Of a stretch of 64,000 nucleotides of DNA, positions 36,526 to 45,776 are shown in pieces. Below the pieces are notes generated by a model, which worked only from the letters and a program-made list of their open reading frames with translations, was not told where the DNA came from and made no database searches. This DNA comes from Blepharisma stoltei ATCC 30299. Taxonomy: Eukaryota > Protista > Ciliophora. How positions within the stretch are numbered: the stretch's first letter is position 1; each line of letters opens with the position of its first letter. The stretch spans positions 62,001 to 126,000 of the forward strand of contig CBFDEM010000011.1 of NCBI GenBank assembly GCA_965603825.1. The letters run 5' to 3'. Both the position numbers and the translations under genes were made by a program.

Positions 36526-37230
36526 ATGTCTAGAATTAATCAGATTTACTTGAAGTTTTTTCTACTTTTAGTTTATTTACAGACTACAGAATCTAGAGCA
36601 GGAGGTGGAGGTGGAGATGATAGCAGCAGTGATTATTTTTCAGACGACTCAAGTTCTTACGATTCTAATGATGACGATGCTATGATCGAGATTTATACCT
36701 TCATTGGCGGTATCTTTATTTTCATTATTTTGGATTGCACCACAAATTACTTTATTTACCAAAAAATTGATAAAAAACACAAAAAAATGACGAAAAGACT
36801 AAAAAATGCTAGCGATTTTATATGAGATGAAAACGAAATAATTTGAAACATAAAACAATCATTTATTGCACTACAAGAAGCATGATCTGACCAAGATTTG
36901 GATTTTATTGAAAGAAGATTAACGAAAAAACTGTTTATTAAGTGAAGAAATTTATTAATGGAGATGAGAAAAAAGAAAGAAAAAAATTTAGTCAGCGATA
37001 TTGTAGTAAATAAAATAAGATTTGTAAAAATTGAAGAGAAAAAAAAGAGGTTTACAGTTTTTATTGATGCAAAAGTAAAAGATGTGACTGTAAATATTCA
37101 TTCTGGAAAAGTTTTGAAAGATCAATCTGGTAATTTTCGAGAGTTTTGGACTTATGTATGGGGTGCTGATGCATGGCTGCTTAGAGAAATTAACCAATTT
37201 AGTGAAAACAAAAAATTCATTTCAGAGTAG
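36526..37230 (+). CDS. Bacterial-type Tim44-like domain protein, copy B (234 aa)
   Basis: ORFs 36526-36825 and 36958-37230 join via TGA=Trp; paralogue of copy A. Confidence 0.8.
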
Positions 37231-37415
37231 ATGTTGATATTTTTATTAATTATTTGTAAATGTGATTAATAATTTTTTTCCTATATTAATTAAATAAATT
37301 TTTTCACATTATCTATCCATTAGCTGAATCTGATTATTCATTCGGTTATCATTTAATTTCTCAAAAAATTATCAATTTAAGCAAAAACACTAAGCTTAGC
37401 TTCTGATTGATTAAC

Positions 37416-37928
37416 TTAAAAGGTGGATTTAATCATGAACTTATAAAATGCGTCCACATCGACTTTCCCATTAGGACATTCATAATAGTCAGTAATAATT
37501 TCTTCAAGCTCCTCATCTGGAATATGCTCTCCGATTTCCCTTGCAATGGAATGGAATCTTGCTTTGTCAAGGTATTTTTTATCCTCAACATCAAGTAATT
37601 CGAACATTCTTGTAAGCCCTTCCCCAGTTTCGCCATCACCAAGGGAGTATTGAATATACTCAACAAATTCTTTAAATGAAATGCCTTTAGGGAACTGGTT
37701 TTGCAGTCTTTCAATCAGGGTATAAACAGTTGGGTATTTTTCGTTGACTTTTAAGCTTTCAAGATATCCAATCATGTCAAAGAGATTTATTGTACCTTTG
37801 CCTGTATGGTCAAAAATATCGAAGGCTTCTTTGATTTCTGCGACATCCTGGGCACTGAAGTCAGGGCATTTTGAGAGGTCTGGCTCATTTTTAGGAGTTT
37901 TAGGTGCTGGTGCTTGTCTACGGGCCAT
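37416..37928 (-). CDS. Centrin-like EF-hand protein, 170 aa
   Basis: EIKEAFDIFDHTGKGTI, IAREIGEHIPDEELEEII and GKVDVDAFYKFM. Four EF-hand positions, several degenerate. Confidence 0.85.
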   Translation of the reverse strand: MARRQAPAPKTPKNEPDLSKCPDFSAQDVAEIKEAFDIFDHTGKGTINLFDMIGYLESLKVNEKYPTVYTLIERLQNQFPKGISFKEFVEYIQYSLGDGETGEGLTRMFELLDVEDKKYLDKARFHSIAREIGEHIPDEELEEIITDYYECPNGKVDVDAFYKFMIKSTF

Positions 37929-38416
37929 TTATTATATATTCGTTATAGAGAGTCATAAAGGGTAGGGTTATGAATTTTTAAATATAAATTTAAGGATTGT
38001 TGCTTGAAAAATTGGGTCAAGAGTTTTATATGATTTTAAGATTATATTAAAAATTAAACAGATTATTTTGAATTGTAGAGATCTTGGGGGAATCTATTTT
38101 ATAGAGACTTTTCTTCTCATATATTGTATGTATATTTATTAAAGCGTAAATTTATTTGAGTTTCGGATTATGAAAGCTTTGATATCATCAAAGAAAAGTT
38201 ATTGAACACTGAATGAAGCTATCTAAAAAGTTTGTAAAGACAAAACTAAGCGCCTTTTCGTGTGCATTAGTAACTTCTTTTTAATGATCTTGAAAGAACT
38301 CAAGACTATTTTCATAATAATCAAAGACATCATATATAAAAAACCAACTATTTTGAATAAATAAAAGAAAATTATGAGCTTCATAAAGTTGAACATTCCA
38401 TATTTAAATAATAAGA

Positions 38417-39478
38417 ATGAACGATTCTTTGGAATCAAAAAGATATCAAGCTATTGCATCATTTGATAGCTGCCAAGAGTGTACACCAACATTACAAGAA
38501 GATTCAAGATTTTCTTTAGTAAATTATGGACAAATAAGCAGAAGTGCCAGCTTCAGGATTGAAGATAAATTACTTCAAAAACAAATTGGGGCTCAAAAAC
38601 GGCTTGATGATCTGCGTAAGAAAAGAGAGCAAGAACTGCTACAAGAACTACAAGAAAAGCCCAAAATTTCAAATAAATCCAAAGAGCTTGCCAAAAAGGC
38701 TGATTTAAGATATCATGAGCTACTAGCTGATTTTTTAAAAGAAAAAGACACAAAGCACGAAAGCATTGAAAATTTTGAAGCAAAAGATCAAAAACCTCAA
38801 AGAAAAGCAGCTAATATCAGCAAAGCAATTAGTAGAGCAAAATCATCAGTGGAATTTAAAGATAAAATAAAGTCTGAAATATTGAGAAAATCCGTTGTAA
38901 CTGCTGAAAAAGAGCAGAAAATTAATGTAAGATTAAAGCCAAAAGAAGAATTTATAGTAAAATTTGATATAAAAGACCAAGAAAATGAAAAAAAATTATT
39001 AAACACAGAAGCAACCGTTGGGCATGAAAGTCCTGAGCTTTCTCCTATTAAATATGAAATGAAAAGAGGAAAAGATAAAAAACGACGAAAAAGTTTATTG
39101 GATTTATCTGCAGCTGAACGTAGCAAGCTATGAGAAGACCAAAAAAGAAAAAAAATTGAAGCAAAAGTAAAAGCAAAAGAAGAAAACTCCATGGTTGAGT
39201 GTACCTTTAAGCCAATTATTCACCAAGCTCCAAAACCTGCTAAATCATTATGCTATGCAAAGGAGAATATAAAATATTCTCAGAGTAGCAAACCTCAAAG
39301 CTCTGATTCTTCCTTTTTAAGCTTTGAAATTTTTCCACACAAGCGAGGGTTTTCTGATTTAAAGTATGATCCAAATCAATTTTTTTCGCGTAATAACATC
39401 TCCAGCTCCCAAATAAACGTCTCATTTAAATCTGGATGTAACTTAGACGAGCTCATCTCAAGGTCAAAAAATTTATAA
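38417..39478 (+). CDS. 353-aa coiled-coil protein with ECTFKPxI-type motifs
   Basis: Two ORFs join via TGA at 39131. Motifs ELQEKPKISNKS and ECTFKPII. Confidence 0.7.
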
Positions 39479-39497
39479 ATAATAAAAATCTTTTAAA

Positions 39498-40715
39498 ATG
39501 GCAGCTAGACGAAGACAACAGCAGCAGCATAAACAGCCCAGCCCACCCCCAGAGCCTGAAATAAAAGAGCCAGAAAAGCCTAAAATTCCTCCAGGGCTCT
39601 ACCGAAGAATTGTTATAATTTTACCATACCATTGTCCAGACCATGTACAGCATATTCAACAAGTCCAAGAATCTTTATCATGCCATCGACTCGGTTTGGA
39701 GCCGATTTCTCGATCTTCTCTAGCTTCACGGACACTAAGACCTGACGAAATAAATGACCCTTATTTTGATTTAATAACTGGATTTGTGATTATTGACATG
39801 GATTGTCGGTTATATGTACTTGAAGGACTTGGAGGTGGCTGCATTGATAAAATGGCTGAAGAACTCGCAAGGACACAAGCGAATACAGATACTTTAAAAT
39901 ACCTTATGAATTCTGAAGTAAAATTTGACGAAAGACTTTATATAAATTTCGGCCCAGACTTAAAAAGAATAAAACTCAGAGAAAATTTGGCAAAAACTTT
40001 ACTAAACCCTGACATTTATATTAAATCCAAAGTCAGCGAAGAGCTTATGGATACTCTCAATAAAATCATGAATATCAGAAGATGTGACAGATTAAAATTT
40101 GTAAGAGATTTTCATTTATGCCCTGCATTAGAAAACTTGAATTTATTAGAAAGAAAATATGGAGACGCCTTGACTGATGAAGATATATATGGTCTCCCAC
40201 CTAAACGAAAAGTAAGAATGCAAGAATTAACCCAACAAATGCAAAACACTACTTTTGAGAATACAATTAACACTACAGGCAAAAGCCCAAATGAGTCAAA
40301 ATCCAGGATGAAGTCTCCTAAAAGGACAAAAACCAAGCTAAAAGCCCCATTAGATATGACTAATCAGCAGTTTGAAGAACTGATGCATAAGAGAGAAGAA
40401 GATGGGCCGAAAAATTTCAGCCAAGTGAATAAGGAAAAAATTAAAGAACAAAGCGACGTAAATGGATTCAATAGACCACAAGAGTACATAAAAATGGACA
40501 AAGAAGATGGGGAAGTCTTCGTATATAGTGGCCAAAAATTAAATTATACTGAACAGATGAAGTGGAAAATCGCTGAACAGATGGTCAATGACCCAAAGCA
40601 TTTTTATGCACAAAGTCCTGAATATTTAAGATTGTCATGGCCAATTGTAGATGAAGAAAAAGAGCAAGCCAAAGAAATGGAGAAATTTGCAAATACAAGG
40701 CTGAGGTATAAATAA
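39498..40715 (+). CDS. CFAP92/KIAA1257-like ciliary protein (C-terminal-type region), 405 aa
   Basis: LITGFVIID...LYVLEGL, NSEVKFDERLY, VYSGQKLNYTE and YAQSPEYL resemble, from recall, the conserved CFAP92 C-terminal blocks. Confidence 0.55.
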   Translation: MAARRRQQQQHKQPSPPPEPEIKEPEKPKIPPGLYRRIVIILPYHCPDHVQHIQQVQESLSCHRLGLEPISRSSLASRTLRPDEINDPYFDLITGFVIIDMDCRLYVLEGLGGGCIDKMAEELARTQANTDTLKYLMNSEVKFDERLYINFGPDLKRIKLRENLAKTLLNPDIYIKSKVSEELMDTLNKIMNIRRCDRLKFVRDFHLCPALENLNLLERKYGDALTDEDIYGLPPKRKVRMQELTQQMQNTTFENTINTTGKSPNESKSRMKSPKRTKTKLKAPLDMTNQQFEELMHKREEDGPKNFSQVNKEKIKEQSDVNGFNRPQEYIKMDKEDGEVFVYSGQKLNYTEQMKWKIAEQMVNDPKHFYAQSPEYLRLSWPIVDEEKEQAKEMEKFANTRLRYK

Positions 40716-40716
40716 A

Positions 40717-41925
40717 TTATTTAAGTAGAGATAATAAATAATCTGGTTTTTGGTCGTTTTTTAAGGAATCCCATTTGAAATGTGGAATATTTATAACTCT
40801 GTATCCTAGTTTTTCTAAAAGCTGGTTTTTTATGACTGTTTTTCCACATAGCTCGAAATTAGGCTTGATGTAATGATAAGGTCCTTGGATTTCAATAACA
40901 GTATTTGGAGGGTATAATAAATCGACATCTAATGTATATGGATACTCAGTCTGATACTCAGGCATCAATTTTATTTTCAATTTTTTGAAAGTGCTGAATA
41001 TATCCTTATGAAGTCTTGACTGCAATCATAAAGTACAATACCCTTTCATATTCCTGTAGTCTTTTTTGTATTTTTCTCTGAAAACTCGATCCCAAGCTTC
41101 TTGTGTTTTTTTCTTCATGTTTTTGTATTTGCCTGAGTTATAAAGCTTAGTTTCTTTAAAAAATGGATGTAGCAGCTCAAGGATTATTAGTGTGTGATGG
41201 ATTTCTGACAATTTTCAGGTTGTTAGCGTCCTATGATTTATTTTTAAAAGTTCTTTAAAAATCGTATTTGTTCATAAATTTTCGTCTGCGATCCCATTAA
41301 GTGCTAAAGAATGGGCAACTGAGGCCTTAAGATTGTGCGAATAGAGAGAGAATTTTGATGCTAAAATTTCACTGATTATCGGGTATACATTTGTAGGGTC
41401 AACTCTTAGTTTTCCATAGGTACTTAGAAGAGTGCCTACGAAATTTCCAGTTATTTTTCCATCTGAAGATTCAGGTGATTTTAACAAATTTTCAATAAAG
41501 TTAATAATTTTTGGATCATTATAATTAGTCGTATTCATACAGTCCAAGATTCTTGTAAGGATAGCTATGGACACTTTTTCTGCATTGCCATCAATAATTT
41601 TATCTACCAATTTTTGCCTCAAAAAATCTATTGTTTCATTATTTTCACCTATAAAAATAGCTCCTTTTCAAACATTAACCCTATCTTTTAAATCAAGAGT
41701 ATCAATAAAGCCTCTTTCTCAGATTTTCCCTGTGATTTGTTCTTTCCAAATATAATCCCTATATCCAAACTTCCTATAAATGTCTCCTATTTTATCAGCT
41801 AAATGGGCAAATTCATCAGGTTTTATGTCATTTACGTTAATTTGTTCGCATAAACTTCTGCATCAATTTATGGTTATTGGTCATGACCTTCTGTGATTAA
41901 GAAATTCAGATATAGCTGATTTCAT
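40717..41925 (-). CDS. RAP-domain (FASTK-like) organellar RNA-binding protein, 402 aa
   Basis: Single frame from ATG 41925 via several TGA. C-terminal YTLDV...VIEIQGPYHY...KNQLLEKLGYRVINIPHFKW is a RAP domain. Confidence 0.85.
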
Positions 41926-41934
41926 TATAATAAT

Positions 41935-42177
41935 ATGGAGAGCCAGAGCAAAAAACTCTTTAAGTTTTATAGAGATCAGCAGAATAAAGAGCTATCAAGT
42001 AAAAGACTGTTTTTCTATAGATTAAACAGATGGAGATTTGACCCTCATGATACACCAAGAATGTTTAAGAACAATAAAAGAGGACAATATACTTTGTTGG
42101 GAGGAAGATGGATACTTGCAGCTTACCTAACCTATAGAGTCACTCTTCACTACATTCTACCAGCAAATCCTCATTAA
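41935..42177 (+). CDS. 80-aa basic single-TM protein, possibly a mitochondrial inner-membrane complex subunit
   Basis: Clean ORF with coding-like composition and a C-terminal hydrophobic helix. Confidence 0.6.
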   Translation: MESQSKKLFKFYRDQQNKELSSKRLFFYRLNRWRFDPHDTPRMFKNNKRGQYTLLGGRWILAAYLTYRVTLHYILPANPH

Positions 42178-42372
42178 ATTAAGGATGATTACTTAGATAA
42201 ACTTGTGTATTTATAAATTAATTTATTTCCAAAAAATTTTGTATTAATCTTTTCTGCTAAATTTTCATTATCACTTGATTTTAATTTTCCTTGGAAAATA
42301 ATGAAATTTATTAGATAATTAAACTAGAATTTCAATGCTAGCATTTTTAAATATATGAAATAATTGGAATTT

Positions 42373-42813
42373 CTATGGAATTACTCTGTTAAAAATACAG
42401 ATATTATTAGACGCTGTACCAATTATTGCACCGTTTAGCAATGCTTCTGCATAAGTATGCCCTATATTTTGGCATATTCCATTACATTTAGATTCAATTA
42501 TCACTTTATCACCTATTTTTGGGTTCCCGATAAAGTTTACATTTAGTGTAGCTGCAAGCATAAGTTTGGCTTCTTCAAGCTTCATTCATAAACTCATTCC
42601 AGTTGCTGCATCCAATACAGTTGTTAAAGCCCCTGCATGGAGAAACCCATTGTAGTCACAAATTTCTTGTGAAACTTGTAGGGAAAAAAATAAATTTCCC
42701 TGTGGGGATACTTTAACATAATCAAAATGTTTCAAGTACATTTGATCAAATGATGGCTTTCCAGTAGCTAGCCTCAAATATCTTTGAAAAACTTCTAAAG
42801 CTTTTCTCTCCAT
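42373..42813 (-). CDS. PaaI/ACOT13-like hotdog-fold thioesterase, 146 aa
   Basis: NGFLHAGALTTVLDAATG and LNVNFIG; two ORFs joined by TGA at 42588-42586. Confidence 0.85.
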
Positions 42814-43348
42814 GTTATTTATAATAACTTTTTTGTGTTTTATTTTTAAAATAAGCACAGAGATTGTGTGAGAAAAAAGAATGCATTGATTTTATTATTA
42901 AAATAAATAATAAACGAGTCATTAGCTAAAAATTTATTTTGATAATAAACACAGCATTAGGTTGATAAAAAATTAATTTCTTTTAATCATAACAAGAGCT
43001 GATATTTTTATTATAGTAAAATTATCAGGGACCTAATGCATTAATTCTTAAAATTGTGTTATTTTATTATATATATAAAAATAGATAAAAAATTAGTTTT
43101 CTACTAATTATTAAAGCATAATAATTCAAAATTATTTATAAATATAAACAGTTTAAGTACAGTCAAGGGAATTTCTGACTTAAAAAAAAAATTAAATCCT
43201 TAAATTAAAAGTGCTAATAAAAATATTTGTTTTTTTATAATACAATATACTTAAAATCTCTTAAACAGAGCCTTATCACTTTATTTTTACTATCAAAATA
43301 TATAATCACGATTCATTTTTTTATCCATATTTCATACATTTAAATTAG

Positions 43349-45154
43349 ATGAGCTCACGAACCCATCGAGTCTCTCAGGAATCCCAAGAAAATCAAATTA
43401 TCGAAGAACGTATTGTCAAAGTAAACGGAGACATTGCCATAAAATCATACACCAAAGGCCGATTCCTTGGAAAAGGGGGGTTTGCTAAGGTTTACGAGTT
43501 TTTATCACTCGACACCAAACAAGTTTTCGCAGCCAAAGTCATTCCTAAAGCTTCCCTTTCAAAAGCTCGTGCAAGGCAAAAATTGATGAGCGAGATAAAA
43601 ATCCATCGCTCCCTCCATCACACCAATATAGTCCGATTTGAGCATTTTTTTGAAGACGACGAAAACGTTTACATCCTACTTGAGCTTTGCTCAAACCAAA
43701 CTCTTAATGAACTTCTGCGCCGTCGTAAACGCCTTACAGAAATCGAAGCTCAGTGTTATTTATCCCAAACAATTGCAGCTTTAAAATACCTCCATGAACA
43801 TAGAGTCATTCATCGTGATATAAAGCTTGGGAATTTGTTTTTAACTGACAAAATGGAGCTAAAACTAGGAGATTATGGATTGGCGACCAAACTGGAGTTT
43901 GATGGAGAAAGAAAAAGAACTATCTGTGGGACTCCGAATTATATTGCGCCAGAGGTTTTGGATGGAAAGCAAGGCCACAGCTATGAAGTAGATGTGTGGA
44001 GCTTAGGAGTCCTTGCTTATACTTTATTAGTGGGGAAGCCACCTTTTGAGACTTCTGATGTAAAAAGTACGTATAGAAGAATTAAAATGAACGCTTATAC
44101 TTTTCCTGATCATGTTCCTGTCTCTGAGGAAGCAAAGTCTTTAATATCAACTATGCTTACTAATGATCCCTCTATGAGACCTACACTAGATCAGGTCCTT
44201 CAACAGTCATTTTTTACCAAAAATGTGATACCAAAATTAATGCAGGCTGGGACATTGGCTGTCCCACCTTCATCAAGCTATATAAAACAATATGAGTTAC
44301 CGACCCAAACTACAAGAGGAAGACCAGAAGCTGGAAAAAATCAACCGAAAACAGCCAGAGCTTCATCATTAACTCCTACAGATACCGAAAATGGTAGATC
44401 AACTACAAGAGAAGGAGTCGTAACCGCTAGAGGCGGCTCAAGAGGAAGCTCTCGAGAAAGAGCACCAGACTTAGGTGCATCTGGAAATACTTCAAAAAAA
44501 GCTGCGTGTTATTCTTCATATGTGCCACCTGATAATGGAGAAGGCCCACAAGTTTGGGTCAAAAGCTGGGTTGATTATTCAAGTAAATACGGTCTTGGGT
44601 ACTTATTTTCGAACTCTTGTGTAGGGGTGTTTTTCAATGATTCTACTAAAATTATAGCAGATCCTGCTGGATCATTTTTCCAATATATACATAGGACTGG
44701 ACACTCAAGGGATGAGGAAATGTCGATGTATAGGATTGAGCAATATCCTGATGAGCTGAAAAAAAAAGTTACTTTATTGCAGCATTTTAGGAAGCATTTA
44801 TCAAAAGATGAGCCAAATAAAAGACTAGACGCAGCTCAGCCTTTGATTTATGTTAAAAAATGACTTAATACTCCTCATGCTATTTTATTCAGATTAAGCA
44901 ATAAAGTCGTCCAAGTGAATTTCCAAGATAAAACAGAACTGATACTTTGCAGTGAAAGTAAAATTGTTTCTTATATGAATAAACTTGGGGAAAGAAGTGT
45001 GTATCCTTTAAATACAGCTATGGAAAGTGGTAATAATGAAATGACTAAAAGATTAAGGTACACAAAAGAAGTGCTGACAAATATGCTGCAGCCTCAGCAA
45101 AGTGCTGGAACAGGAGAGTATCGGCCTGGTATGACTGACCGTGAGATTATATAA
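43349..45154 (+). CDS. PLK: Polo-like kinase, 601 aa
   Basis: GKGGFAK, HRDIKLGN, ICGTPNYIAPE; polo boxes WVKSWVDYSSKYGLGY and YVKK[TGA=W]L...QVNFQDKTEL. Confidence 0.96.
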
Positions 45155-45487
45155 TAAATAATAGAAAAATTAGTAAATAATTGAAATTTTTTATAAAAAT
45201 TCTTTTTATTAGGTGCATAAAAAATAAATTAAGAAATTCCAATAATTTTTAAATTAATGCTATAAAATGATAAGAATAGCTACAATATTATCTCGAAATT
45301 AAGCTAACTAGTCTATTTTATAGCAAAATAAGGCACTTTGGAAAATAAGAAGAGACAGAATAGAGTATTATAAATTTAAATTAATTAAGGATAATTGACA
45401 GCATATATAAAATAATTTTAAACAGAAAACAAGTTCAAAATCACTTCTAATATCAATTTATACCACTTTATAATATTCATAATAATT

Positions 45488-45769
45488 ATGAGTAAAGACG
45501 CAATTCATGAAATAGATGGAATTATCAGGAGGACTAATAAGATCTATTTAGGCTATCTTTTTTTCAACTTAAGCAGTTTTTATCTATTAGGTTCGTTTTG
45601 AAAGACTGGCCTGCTTAAAAAGTCCTTAGTTTTGGTCCCTACTTCTCTATTCTTCTCAGGCATATTCACATGGATCCACATCGAAAAAACTTACAAAAAA
45701 GAAGAAAAAGTCTTCCTTTTAGTAGGACTAGACGAAAAATACGATAAGATTAAAAAAGATAATAGTTAA
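45488..45769 (+). CDS. 93-aa two-TM small membrane protein (absent from the ORF track)
   Basis: MSKDAIHEID...YLGYLFFNLSSFYLLGSF[TGA]KTG...LVLVPTSLFFSGIFTWIH...KKDNS*. Confidence 0.65.
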
Positions 45770-45776
45770 TTATAAA

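Larger units (their letters stand above)
34828..37342. repeat. Tandem duplication with ~1254-bp period (34828-36081 and 36082-~37342)
   Basis: gtaagattagaagctccaggaaactgactac occurs at 34828 and 36082; the whole unit is repeated. Confidence 0.9.
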
